From positions 1 to 37,620 of the forward strand of contig CAYMNX010000524.1 of assembly GCA_964391905.1 (NCBI GenBank): a stretch of 37,620 nucleotides of DNA. Reading direction: 5' to 3'. Below the pieces are notes generated by a model, which saw only the letters and a program-made list of their open reading frames with translations, had not been told where the DNA came from and made no database searches. The stretch is from an uncultured Rhizobiaceae bacterium. Lineage in GTDB: Bacteria > Pseudomonadota > Alphaproteobacteria > ATCC43930 > CGMCC-115725. The position numbers and the translations under genes were made by a program. Of the stretch, positions 15,946 to 24,994 are shown piece after piece (position 1 is the stretch's first letter; each line of letters starts with the position of its first letter).

Positions 15946-18920
15946 CAGCCGCCCTTCAAATCCGGATTCCGATTGCGGATGACCATCTCATAGGTCGTTC
16001 GCGGCCGGGTGTTGAGGTCGTCGAGAATCGGGTAATCGAGCGGGCTCGCCTTGCGTCGCGCGACGGCACTGTCGCGATCGTTGCGATCGCCGAAGACGAT
16101 CGCTTGCGTGGGGCAGGCTTGTTGGCAAGCGGTCATCACCTCGCCGTCGCGAATCGGGCGATCCTCGCGATTCGCCGCGATCATCGTCTGGCGCGTGCGC
16201 TGGACGCAGTAGGTGCATTTCTCCATTACCCCGCGATCCCGAACGGTGACATCGGGGTTCCAGGATTCGCGCGGCCGGTTTTCGGCATAGGCATAGCCGA
16301 ACCAATTGAAGCGCCGCACCTTGTAAGGACAATTGTTGGAGCAGAAGCGCGTTCCGACACAGCGGTTATAGACCATGACATTGACGCCTTCGGCGTCGTG
16401 CATGGTCGCTTGCACCGGGCAAACCACCTCGCAGGGTGCATTCTCGCAATGCATGCAGGGAACGGGCTGAAATGCGGTCCCGGGATCGTCGAGATCGCCT
16501 TGATAATACCGGTCGATCCGCAACCAGTGCATCGCGCGGCCACGCGCCGTCTCCGACTTACCGACGACCGGAATGTTGTTCTCGGCCTGACAGGCGACAA
16601 CGCAGGCCTGGCAACCGATGCAGGAATTGAGGCTGATGCTCATCGCCCAGGCGATGCCGTCGTCGGGAAAGCCCGGATAGAGCGTCGCCTCGTTCTTGGA
16701 GTAGGTCAGCGAGGCGGGATCCTCGAGCAGCGTGCTCAAATCGGCATCGCGAATGAGATCGCGCCCTTGAACGAGATTCTCGACTTGCTCGACGGCAAAG
16801 GTGTGTTGCTTGCCGTCCATGCGTGTAAGCCCCGCATCGATCGCTTGCCACGGTGCGTCGGCGCTGCGCAGGAGATAGGCATTGAATCCGACATCGCTTC
16901 CAACCGGTCCGGCGCGGTGGCGGCCATAGCCGAGCGGCAGGGTAATGCAATCGGCGGCCTGCCCCGGCAGAATCCAAACGGGCGCGCGAAGCTTGCGCGC
17001 CCCGAGCGAGAGCTCGACGAGCTCAGCCTGCGAGACTCCAAGTCTCTCGGCGGTCGCCGGCGCAATCAGCGCTGCGTTGTCCCAGGCGATGCGCGTGAGA
17101 GGGCGCGGCACTTCCTGGAGCCACGCATTTCCGGCGAAGCGGCCGTCCCACACACCGATGTCGGGCCGGAAGAGCAAGGTGAGACCGGTCTCCTTGCTCG
17201 CAGCGGTTGCCACGGCGTCGGCATAATCGCGTCGTAGCGATACCGGCACTTGCGGCGCGGCGCTGTTCGGCACCACGCCCGCGCGCAAGGAGGAGCGCCA
17301 GAAATTTTCGAAATTGCTTTCGCCCGCGCTGTGCTGCCAGTGCGCGCGCAAAAGAGACAGATCGTCGGGCCGCGTTTCGCCGAGCAAGACGGCCAGCACC
17401 TCATGTGCCGAGTGACCGCCATAAAGCGGACGAACCTGCGGCTGCTGGATGGTCGCGGTCCCGTCAAAGGCGCGGATATCGCCCCAGGCCTCGTATTCAT
17501 GGGTCGCCGGGATATGCCAATGGCAGCGCTCGGCCGTCTCGTCGGCATAGTCGCCGAGATAAATCGAAAGGCCGACGCGACCGAGCGCGGCGCCGAAGTC
17601 TTTGTCGGCCGCTGCCGTATACACGGCATTGGCGCTCAGGATCAGCAAGGTGTCGACCTTGCCCGCAGCCATATCGTCGGTGAGGGTCGACAGTGATCGG
17701 GCATGTCCGTCCGCGACCGGCGCTGCGACGGGCTCGATCGCGCGGAGCGTCTGACCGAAGTTTCCGAGAGCTTGGTTGATGGCGTGACAAAGCGCGTGAA
17801 TCTCCGGCGGCTGCTCGCGACCGGCATGAAGGAGCGAGCGGCCCCGATGCGACATCAGATCCGCGGCGAGTAGTTTGAGCGCGTCGGAATGAGGCGCCGC
17901 CTCATTACTCCAGTCGGCGGGGCCGGCGCCGACGGTGGCGGCGATGAAGCGCAACGCAGCGGCGCTTTCCGATGGTTTTGTGATGAAGCGATGATCGGCT
18001 TTCGCGCCGATGAGGGTCGGCGTTGCCTCGAGCGCGTAGACGCGGCTCATCGCCTCCCGCACTTCGCCGGCACGGCGCCGCACGGCAAAATCGCGCCCAT
18101 AGCGCCAATGGCCCGGCGCGCCGCTGATGAGATCGCTCTCGATGCCGACAATCACATCGGCTTTTGTGAGATCGAACACCATGTCGATGTCGCGTCCGAA
18201 GGCGAGCCTTGCGCCTTCAGAGAGGGTATCGCGGTGAAGCGGCTCCCACTGATGCCACTGCATGTCCGGAAGCATTGCTCGAAGAGCGGCGATCTGCGCC
18301 AGCAAGGTCGGCGAGGTCACGGCACCGGTAAGAAGGCGGAAGCCTTGGCCGCCCCGCTCGGCGAGCATCGAGCGTCGGGCGGTCAGCATCGTGATTGCGC
18401 TTTCCCAGCTGGCGATCTGCCCATTCCCGATAATGCTTTGCGCGCGGTAGGGATCGTAGAGCCCCAGGATCGAGGCCTGGCCGACTGCGCTCGTGCCGCC
18501 AAGGCTTGCCGGGTGATCGGGATTGCCCTCGACTTTGATCGGACGCGTCATCTCGTGCTTCAGCAGAACGCCGCTGCCGAAACCGTCGAGCCCGGTGGCG
18601 GTGGCAAAATAGCGGGGCCGACCCGGAATGACTCCGGGCGGTTGCTCCACATGCGGTGACAGCTCGCGCGGCTCCTCCTCGGCGCCGCAGCCGCTCATGC
18701 CGGCAAGCGCGATCGAGGCCGCCATCAATTGCAGGAAGCGCCGGCGATCGGGGCTCGCGCGGGCGGCTTGCTCGAAGGCCGGAAATTCGTGCGCAAGCCG
18801 TGCCAGGAATTCGGGAGTCTCGGCGAGCTCTTCGAGGCTGCGCCAAAAAGGCCTTCCACGCTTCTCCGCCAGTTTCCGGCGTAGCGTGGCGAGATCGAAA
18901 CTGCCTTCACCCTTTGTCAT
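15945..18920 (-). CDS. actB: Alternative Complex III subunit ActB (Tat-variant molybdopterin-oxidoreductase-like domain fused to 4Fe-4S ferredoxin domain)
   Basis: Track ORF 15945..19145 trimmed to ATG 18920, which forms an ATGA overlap with the actA stop. The N-terminus is MTKGEGSFDLATLRRKLAEKRGRPFWRSLEELAETPEF...SPDRRRFLQLMAASIALAGMSGC, a pre-Tat extension plus twin-arginine motif. A MopB-like body follows. The C-terminal FeS motifs are CIGCQACVVAC, CMHCENAPCEVVCP, CVGTRFCSNNCPYKV and CTYC...ACQQACP. Confidence 0.9.
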   Translation of the reverse strand: MTKGEGSFDLATLRRKLAEKRGRPFWRSLEELAETPEFLARLAHEFPAFEQAARASPDRRRFLQLMAASIALAGMSGCGAEEEPRELSPHVEQPPGVIPGRPRYFATATGLDGFGSGVLLKHEMTRPIKVEGNPDHPASLGGTSAVGQASILGLYDPYRAQSIIGNGQIASWESAITMLTARRSMLAERGGQGFRLLTGAVTSPTLLAQIAALRAMLPDMQWHQWEPLHRDTLSEGARLAFGRDIDMVFDLTKADVIVGIESDLISGAPGHWRYGRDFAVRRRAGEVREAMSRVYALEATPTLIGAKADHRFITKPSESAAALRFIAATVGAGPADWSNEAAPHSDALKLLAADLMSHRGRSLLHAGREQPPEIHALCHAINQALGNFGQTLRAIEPVAAPVADGHARSLSTLTDDMAAGKVDTLLILSANAVYTAAADKDFGAALGRVGLSIYLGDYADETAERCHWHIPATHEYEAWGDIRAFDGTATIQQPQVRPLYGGHSAHEVLAVLLGETRPDDLSLLRAHWQHSAGESNFENFWRSSLRAGVVPNSAAPQVPVSLRRDYADAVATAASKETGLTLLFRPDIGVWDGRFAGNAWLQEVPRPLTRIAWDNAALIAPATAERLGVSQAELVELSLGARKLRAPVWILPGQAADCITLPLGYGRHRAGPVGSDVGFNAYLLRSADAPWQAIDAGLTRMDGKQHTFAVEQVENLVQGRDLIRDADLSTLLEDPASLTYSKNEATLYPGFPDDGIAWAMSISLNSCIGCQACVVACQAENNIPVVGKSETARGRAMHWLRIDRYYQGDLDDPGTAFQPVPCMHCENAPCEVVCPVQATMHDAEGVNVMVYNRCVGTRFCSNNCPYKVRRFNWFGYAYAENRPRESWNPDVTVRDRGVMEKCTYCVQRTRQTMIAANREDRPIRDGEVMTACQQACPTQAIVFGDRNDRDSAVARRKASPLDYPILDDLNTRPRTTYEMVIRNRNPDLKGG

Positions 18921-19594
18921 CGATGACACACCGAGCAGTCCGACAGCCTTGCGGGATGGATGCGATAAAGCGTCATGAGCTGTTCGCCCGAGGGCGTGTC
19001 GGCCGTGCGATGCCAGTCGGTATCGAAGACGGCATCGCGCGGCCGCAGATGCGGCGCTGGATTGCGATGGCAATCGAGGCACCAGCTCATATAGAGACTG
19101 GTCACCTTCTTCGTCAGCGGCATATCGGCGACATCGCCATGGCATTCGCTGCAGCCGACACCCTTCGCGACGTGAATGCTGTGATCGAAATAGACGTAGT
19201 CAGGGAGGGCATAGACGCGGTTCCAGCGCAACGGCACCTTTTGCGCGAGACTCTGCCGCACCGGTTGCAGAACCGATGCGTTGGTCCAGATCTGCGAATG
19301 GCAAGTCATGCAGATCTGCGTTGCGGGCATGCCCGCATTCGACGAGATCTCCACGGAGGTATGGCAATAGCGGCAATCAATGCCCAGGCCGCCGACATGA
19401 TGTTGGTGACTGAAGGGAACGGGCTGTGGCGGGGTGAAGCCGATTGCGGTCGTATAGCTGGTATTTGGGACGATCCATATCAGAGAAATGAGACCGATGC
19501 CGATGCCGCCGGCGACAATGATGCCTGCCGCCATGAAAAGATTTGCCCTCGGTCCGAATGTGGCGGCCACGGCACGAGTCCCTCCCACCGGCAT
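18917..19594 (-). CDS. actA: Alternative Complex III subunit ActA (membrane-anchored pentaheme cytochrome c)
   Basis: 225-aa ORF with an N-terminal TM (LFMAAGIIVAGGIGIGLISLIWIV) and five CxxCH sites: CRYCH, CMTCH, CSECH, CLDCH and CSVCH. Confidence 0.9.
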   Translation of the reverse strand: MPVGGTRAVAATFGPRANLFMAAGIIVAGGIGIGLISLIWIVPNTSYTTAIGFTPPQPVPFSHQHHVGGLGIDCRYCHTSVEISSNAGMPATQICMTCHSQIWTNASVLQPVRQSLAQKVPLRWNRVYALPDYVYFDHSIHVAKGVGCSECHGDVADMPLTKKVTSLYMSWCLDCHRNPAPHLRPRDAVFDTDWHRTADTPSGEQLMTLYRIHPARLSDCSVCHR

Positions 19595-19826
19595 AGCAAC
19601 GCGAGAGCGATCAATTCGTTCCCAGCCCCGTCCCTTGCGCGGTGCCCGGAACCGATCGGCTCCGTGCGTGGTTTGGTTAGCGCGGCGGCTTTTTGGATCG
19701 AATGCTCATGAGGCCAGGTGCGAAAAAGAGGCGGTCATTTTGTCAGAAACCATCGTGCGACGTTCCCTGTTGCCGACTGTTTGGTAGTGATCGTGGAGTG
19801 AACTCGCAGGTCGAGCGATAAGTCCC

Positions 19827-20984
19827 GTGTGGCTGCTCGGCGCGTCCCTTGTCTTTTCGGGCCTTGTAGGCCTCTCGCTCTTTCGCATCCTTCAGCAATT
19901 TCGCTGCTATGAAACGCTTTATGCCAGTATCCCTTGGGGCGCCCCGAGCCTGCCAACACTCGCCGTCATCGTTCCGGCGCGGAACGAAGGGCACAATATT
20001 GCGTCTTGTCTCGAAGGGCTGATTCGTCAGGACTATCCCAAAGACAAGATCCGTTGCATCGTCGTCAACGATCACTCCAGCGACGATACGGCCGGCATCG
20101 TTCGCCGCATTGGCGCCACGACCGACCGCCACGTTGAATTGATCGCGGCGGCGGCCCTGCCTGAAAATTGGGCGGGAAAGCCTCATGCTTGCTGGTATGG
20201 CGCGCTGACGACGGACGCAGAATGGCTATGCTTCGCCGATGCCGATACGATTGCTGAGCCCGAACTGATGCGGAGCGCCGTCGTCACGGCCGAGCGACAA
20301 AACCTTGCCATGATCTCGCTCGAGCCTTTTCAAGAACTCTCGGGCTTTCTCGACCGGCTGGTGATCCCGGTCGGATTTCTTGCGATAGCCGCCACACGGG
20401 ACCTCGCGCGAGTCAACGCGCCGGGTTTCGGCGACGCAACGGCCAATGGCCAGTTTATCCTTATAAAGGCGTCATGCTATTTCGCCGTCGGCGGGCATGC
20501 GGCGATTTGCGGCGCGATTTGCGAGGATGCCGCACTGGCGCTGCGCGTCAAAAAGGCGGGATTCCGTATTGCTGTGCTCGGTGCCGAGACGCTGATCCGA
20601 ACACGGATGTATCGAAACGCTGGCGATCTTTGGGAGGGGCTGTCGAAGAACGTCACCGAAATCTATGGCGGTCTCGCGCGGACACTGGCGACAGCCCTTG
20701 GCGCAGTTTTCATCGGCTGGTCGGCGCTGCTTCTGCCGCCTGCCGCGTTGATGGCAAGTGTTGATTTGCGCTTTTCGACATTACTTGCGTTGTGTCTTGC
20801 GACTTTGGCCTCGGTCGCTGTGTTCGCCACGTCGATCGCTTTGGCGCGCCACTTGAAAATCCGCTGGTGGTTCGGTCTCTTCTTTCCCTTGAGCGCCGTC
20901 TTAGCGGCGATCATTGCTGCAAACGGCGTTTTTTGGCGTGTGCGGGGCCGTGTCATCTGGAAAGGGCGCGCTTATAGCCCGTGA
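19827..20984 (+). CDS. Family 2 glycosyltransferase, membrane-bound
   Basis: 385-aa ORF with a GTG start. It has an N-terminal TM, the GT-A motifs LAVIVPARNEG, VVNDHSSDDT and FADADT, an acceptor-side GQFILIK...GGH segment and C-terminal TM helices. The substrate is unknown. Confidence 0.8.
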   Translation: MWLLGASLVFSGLVGLSLFRILQQFRCYETLYASIPWGAPSLPTLAVIVPARNEGHNIASCLEGLIRQDYPKDKIRCIVVNDHSSDDTAGIVRRIGATTDRHVELIAAAALPENWAGKPHACWYGALTTDAEWLCFADADTIAEPELMRSAVVTAERQNLAMISLEPFQELSGFLDRLVIPVGFLAIAATRDLARVNAPGFGDATANGQFILIKASCYFAVGGHAAICGAICEDAALALRVKKAGFRIAVLGAETLIRTRMYRNAGDLWEGLSKNVTEIYGGLARTLATALGAVFIGWSALLLPPAALMASVDLRFSTLLALCLATLASVAVFATSIALARHLKIRWWFGLFFPLSAVLAAIIAANGVFWRVRGRVIWKGRAYSP

Positions 20985-21036
20985 GGACCGGGCCTGTCAT
21001 GCGGGCGCGTGACGAGCGAGAGGGGCGGGAAGAGAA

Positions 21037-22083
21037 TTGACGCATAGAACGGCGGCGACGCGAAGAAAGGTTCCCGGTTGGCCGATCGCTGCGGCGCTCG
21101 CGATTCTCTTCCTCTTTCTCTACCACGTACGCATCGTACTTTTGCCCTTCGTCGTCGCTGCGGCACTGAGCTTCCTTCTCTCGCCTTTGGTGGACAAGCT
21201 CCGGCTACGGCTTCAGCCCTTGCCGCGATGGGCAGCGGCCCTCGTGGTTTATGTTGCCCTCGTCGCTGCTTTAGCGTGCCTCGGCTATTGGTGGGGCCGG
21301 GCCATCGTCGCCGATTTTGGCGATCTCGTGGCGCATGTGCCTCAGTTGCAGCAGCGTGTCATCGATGCGATTGCGACGGATGGCCATATCGTATTTCTCG
21401 GCGAGGTGACCGACGCCGATGCGCTTGGTCAAACCCTGCTGGCAAAGCTACGGGATTTTCTTTTGGGGGGCGGCGGTCTCTCCCTCGTCTCGGCTGGCGC
21501 CGCGGCGGCGCTGGGCTTCATTTTGTGCTTGGTGCTGCTTGCTTATTTTCTCGTTTCCGGCCCGCAGTTGGCACGCGGGCTGCTGTGGCTCGTGCCCCCG
21601 GAATACCGCGACGAAGTGCGACATCTTGGCCTAGTGGTTGAGCCCGTTCTGAGACGCTACTTTATTGGTCTCATCGTTGTCGTTCTCTATGCCTCGGTCG
21701 TTGCGTGGATCGCTTTTGCCATCTTTCACGTCGCCGATGGGCCGCTTCTTGCGATCGTCATCGGCCTGCTCGAGCTCATTCCTATTTTGGGGCCCATTCT
21801 GTCGATCGCGCTGATTTGCCTTGCCGCCGTGCAGCAGACAAGCGTGTTCATGATGGCGTGCCTTGCGGCGGTTGCGCCGATCCTTCGCTTGTCGATCGAT
21901 CAGCTGATCGGGCCGCTCGTCTTGGGACGGGCGGCCTATCTCCATCCCGTCGCAATCATGTTCGCTTTCCTTTCGGGCGCGGTGTTTCTCGGCGTTTTGG
22001 GACTCGTTCTCGCGGTTCCGGTCGCCGCCACGATCAAGATCGTGTTGTCTCATTACTATGATGAGAGAATCGCGCGGTCCTGA
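21037..22083 (+). CDS. AI-2E family transporter (PerM/UPF0118)
   Basis: 348-aa polytopic ORF with a TTG start. The family-typical C-terminal part is GLLELIPILGPILS...LVLGRAAYLHPVAIMFAFLSGAVFLGVLGLVLAVPVAA. Confidence 0.85.
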   Translation: MTHRTAATRRKVPGWPIAAALAILFLFLYHVRIVLLPFVVAAALSFLLSPLVDKLRLRLQPLPRWAAALVVYVALVAALACLGYWWGRAIVADFGDLVAHVPQLQQRVIDAIATDGHIVFLGEVTDADALGQTLLAKLRDFLLGGGGLSLVSAGAAAALGFILCLVLLAYFLVSGPQLARGLLWLVPPEYRDEVRHLGLVVEPVLRRYFIGLIVVVLYASVVAWIAFAIFHVADGPLLAIVIGLLELIPILGPILSIALICLAAVQQTSVFMMACLAAVAPILRLSIDQLIGPLVLGRAAYLHPVAIMFAFLSGAVFLGVLGLVLAVPVAATIKIVLSHYYDERIARS

Positions 22084-22156
22084 TCGAATGGTGTCACAAG
22101 AGATGCGGCGGCGGTGGCTTCACGAATTCGTCACGGTTTTTGGACGAAAATTGGTC

Positions 22157-22759
22157 ATGCTTGCGATATCGTTTCGTCTTTCATCCGCGCTCGCGATTGG
22201 GGCCATCATCGTGCTTGTCGGCATGGCGCGAGCCGAGAATATGACTGTCATGAGCCGCGATTGCTCAGCCGCGCGATCATCGGTGCAGTTCCTTGCCAAG
22301 GTCGCCAATACGCGCGATGAGACTTACCACTGCCTGGGCGTCAGCGTCGACAACCGGGCGAATATCAGGGCGATCCGTTTCGAAACGCATGAGTTCGATA
22401 CCGATCGGACGAAGCGGCAGGGTGTCTCGCGCAGTGTACGGGTGCGCGAATTCACGCCCCAGGAGATCGCAAGCGCGGACGGCGCGGTGCTGGATGGGAC
22501 GCCAGGTCATCCTGCCGTGATTCTGCAGGGCTCTATCGTCGACGGCCAGGCGCGCGAGACGCTCGTCATCAAGTATCTCCACAACGGTCTGACGAACGAG
22601 TTCCGGAAATGTCCAATTGCATTGGACCGCGAACGAAATGCCGACTGGCGTCTCGTCAACGCGCAAAACGATACCGTCCCTCTCGTCGTGGTGAAAACCT
22701 GGATGCTGCCGCTCATCGGCACGGTGGGCATCGAAACCCTACAAGGACTTTGTACGTAA
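22157..22759 (+). CDS. Hypothetical exported protein (four Cys, no recognisable family)
   Basis: This is part of track ORF 22058..22759. I prefer ATG 22157 because MLAISFRLSSALAIGAIIVLVGMARA reads as a signal peptide. In-frame ATGs at 22088 and 22103 are also possible. The mature part contains Cys in SRDC, YHC, RKC and GLC contexts. I recognise no family. Confidence 0.5.
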   Translation: MLAISFRLSSALAIGAIIVLVGMARAENMTVMSRDCSAARSSVQFLAKVANTRDETYHCLGVSVDNRANIRAIRFETHEFDTDRTKRQGVSRSVRVREFTPQEIASADGAVLDGTPGHPAVILQGSIVDGQARETLVIKYLHNGLTNEFRKCPIALDRERNADWRLVNAQNDTVPLVVVKTWMLPLIGTVGIETLQGLCT

Positions 22760-22802
22760 GCCCAAGCGTGTGCGTGCGTTCTCCGGGGTGCGCAGCCGTC
22801 CG

Positions 22803-23333
22803 TTACGAGTCGAGGGCGTTCAAAACAAAGTCGGCTCGTTCCGCCACGCCAAGTTTCGGGAGAATCGATATTTTATAGCCGAGCGACGGATAGACCTCGC
22901 GGAGTCGGACGTATTCGGCGACGGCGGCATCGAATCCGTGACGCCGCTCCGGGTCCGTGACATAAATTTCCGGCCAAGGCGGCGTCAGAAACACCTGCCG
23001 GTGATAACGTTGTTCTTGACTCAATGAGGCCAGGACGGATTCACCCGTCAGGCTTTCAAGTCCGGCTGCGGCGTCGATCAAGCCTCTGTCGAAGAAGACC
23101 CATCCTGGGCCCGTAGGTGCCGACAGGCGGTCGGCGATAGACGTCGCTACGACGCGCCGCAAAAAAGCAGCCATATCCAGCCACGGAAGGGCTGAGCCGC
23201 CGCCGTCGATCTCCTGGCGCACGATCCGGCGGCCCGGCTCTTCCACGATGGCATATCCCCGTCGGGATAGCTCGGCAATCAGGGCGGATTTTCCGCCCCC
23301 CGAACAACCGGAGATGATCACGAACCGATTCAC
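22803..23333 (-). CDS. Small P-loop ATPase (AAA_28 / NadR-kinase-like family)
   Basis: 176-aa ORF with Walker A ISGCSGGGKS at the N-terminus and VFFDRG as a Walker B-like segment. Its size and layout match the small 'AAA family ATPase' proteins. Confidence 0.8.
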   Translation of the reverse strand: MNRFVIISGCSGGGKSALIAELSRRGYAIVEEPGRRIVRQEIDGGGSALPWLDMAAFLRRVVATSIADRLSAPTGPGWVFFDRGLIDAAAGLESLTGESVLASLSQEQRYHRQVFLTPPWPEIYVTDPERRHGFDAAVAEYVRLREVYPSLGYKISILPKLGVAERADFVLNALDS

Positions 23334-23450
23334 TTAAAAGGCTCCTCATGAAATCGCAATCAAAGCTAAAGTGGAGCGGGATCGCCAGGCCGCTTGAAAG
23401 CGCGCCGACCACATCGAAGCAATGCGCGGTCGAAAGCAGAGGAGGAAACC

Positions 23451-24428
23451 ATGAGCGAAATTCATGCACCAGGCCGATTCGTCGGCGCGCTGGCAATCGC
23501 GTTGTGCGGCCTATTTTCGGCATCGGTCGTGTCGGCCGCGGGCTCTATCACCGTCGGGAAGGCTGATGCGAACTCGACGGCATTCTTGCCGGTGCACGTC
23601 GGCGACCGGCTTGGGCTCTTCAAAAAGCATGGTGTCGACCTGAAGATCGCCGATTTCACCGGCGGCAGCAAGCTGTCGCAGGCCATGACGGCCGGCAGCG
23701 TCGATATCGGCCTTGGCGCCGGAACCGAGATGGCGCTCACGGCCAAGGGCGCTTCGACACTTGCCGTCTGCAATATCATGTCGCCCATCGTGATCATCGG
23801 CATCGCCGTTCCCTGGGAGTCGCCCATCCGCGCAATCGATCAGCTCAAGGGCAAGAGGATCGGGATATCGAGCCCCGGCTCGCTCACCGATTGGCTTGCG
23901 AAGCAACTCGCACAGCACCAGGGATGGGGACCGAAGGGCGTGGAACCCGTCGCTATCGGCAACGGCGCTGCCGCGACGATCGCGGCATTTCGCACCAATG
24001 CGATCGACGCCGATATCGCCGTCACCTCGAATATTTTCAATTGGGAAGAAAAGAAGGAAGGGCGGTTCCTTATTTCGGCCACGAGCTTCGTCGGCAATAT
24101 TTCCGCTGGCACGATCTACGCGACCCAGCATCTGATCGCGGACGATCCCGACACGCTAAAGAGATTCCTCGCCGCCTGGCTGGAGACGATCGACTATCTG
24201 GCCGCACATAAGGCGGAGACGGTCAAGATCGAAAGCGACGTCACGGGTTATTCCGAAGGCGTGATGACAAAGGAATACGACCTCACAGCCAGCAAGTTCA
24301 GCAAGGACTGCAAATTCGATGCGGAGTCGCTCGCCAACCTCAAGCGGGCTTTCGTCGATCAGAAACTCGTCGACACGGTACCCGACATGTCGAAGCTCTA
24401 TACCGAGGCGTTCCTACCAAGCCGCTAG
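23451..24428 (+). CDS. ABC transporter substrate-binding protein, NMT1/THI5-like (NitT/TauT type), orphan
   Basis: Track ORF 23394..24428 trimmed to ATG 23451, which is preceded by AGGAGGA (23440-23446). The signal peptide is MSEIHAPGRFVGALAIALCGLFSASVVSAAG. Type-2 periplasmic binding motifs are FLPVHVG..GLFKKHGVDLKIADFTGGSK and LKGKRIGISSPGSLTDWL. No cognate permease or ATPase gene is adjacent. Confidence 0.85.
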   Translation: MSEIHAPGRFVGALAIALCGLFSASVVSAAGSITVGKADANSTAFLPVHVGDRLGLFKKHGVDLKIADFTGGSKLSQAMTAGSVDIGLGAGTEMALTAKGASTLAVCNIMSPIVIIGIAVPWESPIRAIDQLKGKRIGISSPGSLTDWLAKQLAQHQGWGPKGVEPVAIGNGAAATIAAFRTNAIDADIAVTSNIFNWEEKKEGRFLISATSFVGNISAGTIYATQHLIADDPDTLKRFLAAWLETIDYLAAHKAETVKIESDVTGYSEGVMTKEYDLTASKFSKDCKFDAESLANLKRAFVDQKLVDTVPDMSKLYTEAFLPSR

Positions 24429-24448
24429 GCTCGGCGCACCACGCTTCG

Positions 24449-24465
24449 GCTCTTAGCCCAAGAGC
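24449..24465 (+). terminator. Weak hairpin after the binding-protein gene
   Basis: GCTCTT (24449-24454) pairs with AAGAGC (24460-24465) around a 5-nt loop, followed by tcttgt. The stem is short and AT-containing. Confidence 0.25.
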
Positions 24466-24518
24466 TCTTGTCCCTGTGAAATCACGACCCAATAGCCCCA
24501 AAGCTTCGCCGGCACCCG

Positions 24519-24941
24519 ATGACGCGCCTCCTTCATGATGGTGAAAGCCCGGGGCGCGAGAGCGACCACATCGAAAGCCGCATTGGCGACCGGCGCGCCT
24601 TTCGATCCGATGTCGCATGTCAATGCCCTGGCCGACGGTGCCCGGCATTGGCGCATGCGGGGTCGCGCTGGCTTTGTACATTCGCCGATATTCTGTTCGA
24701 TCAAGCCGGCCGCTATCGGCATCTCGCCCGGGCGACACGCGAGCTGCATCGCGATACCGATTCCGAGCATCGCGCCATCATGGGCGCCGTCTTCGAGCGC
24801 GACACCGCGACGGCGATCAACTTGCTCAACGAGCATATGATGCACGGCGCCGAGGGCTTGTGCGATGCCGTTCTGGCATCGCAGCGGCGTGCGCCCGCGG
24901 GTGCGGCGGAAGCCGAGGACTCAGAGCGACGACGCCCATAA
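24519..24941 (+). pseudogene. GntR-family FCD-domain remnant (no HTH domain, probable frameshift)
   Basis: The C-terminal ~75 codons read LCTFADILFDQAGRYRHLARATRELHRDTDSEHRAIMGAVFERDTATAINLLNEHMMHG. This is the classic FCD ligand-domain end (LFDQ-x-RYR ... EH-x-x-I ... RD ... H). The upstream helix-like piece FDPMSHVNALADGARHW lies in a different frame (track ORF 24535..24840). Only ~90 nt separate this ORF's listed start from the preceding gene's stop (~170 codons of space to 24941), so the ~70-aa winged-HTH domain cannot be present. Confidence 0.4.
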
Positions 24942-24994
24942 GATCGGCGCTGCGGCGCGCGCTTCGGCCCGGTTGGAGGTAGCGGGCGAAGGCG

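Noticed and set aside
18921-19145. 75-codon N-terminal extension of the actB track ORF into actA. Similar extensions exist for actF (13520..13789), actD (14589..14885), the small ORF (12426..13217), oxidase subunit III (8696..8830) and subunit IV (8040..8270).
   Set aside because: The extensions run through the upstream gene in another frame and are not protein-like. In each case an ATG or GTG overlapping or adjacent to the upstream stop gives the family-typical N-terminus.
16104-19711. Long plus-strand ORFs 16104..17237, 17889..18659 and 18656..19711, antisense to actB and actA.
   Set aside because: They are antisense shadows of genes carrying FeS and five CxxCH motifs, and they have no recognisable domains.
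19595-19826. I scanned the 232-bp divergent region between actA and the glycosyltransferase gene for FNR/FixK-type boxes (TTGAT-N4-ATCAA) or clear -35/-10 pairs.
   Set aside because: Only a lone ATCAA/TTGAT half-site (around 19609-19613) is present, without a partner. I could not support any specific regulatory site by eye.
24453-24845. 130-aa minus-strand ORF opposite the GntR/FCD remnant.
   Set aside because: It has no motifs. The plus strand carries a recognisable FCD C-terminal segment, so this is treated as a shadow ORF.
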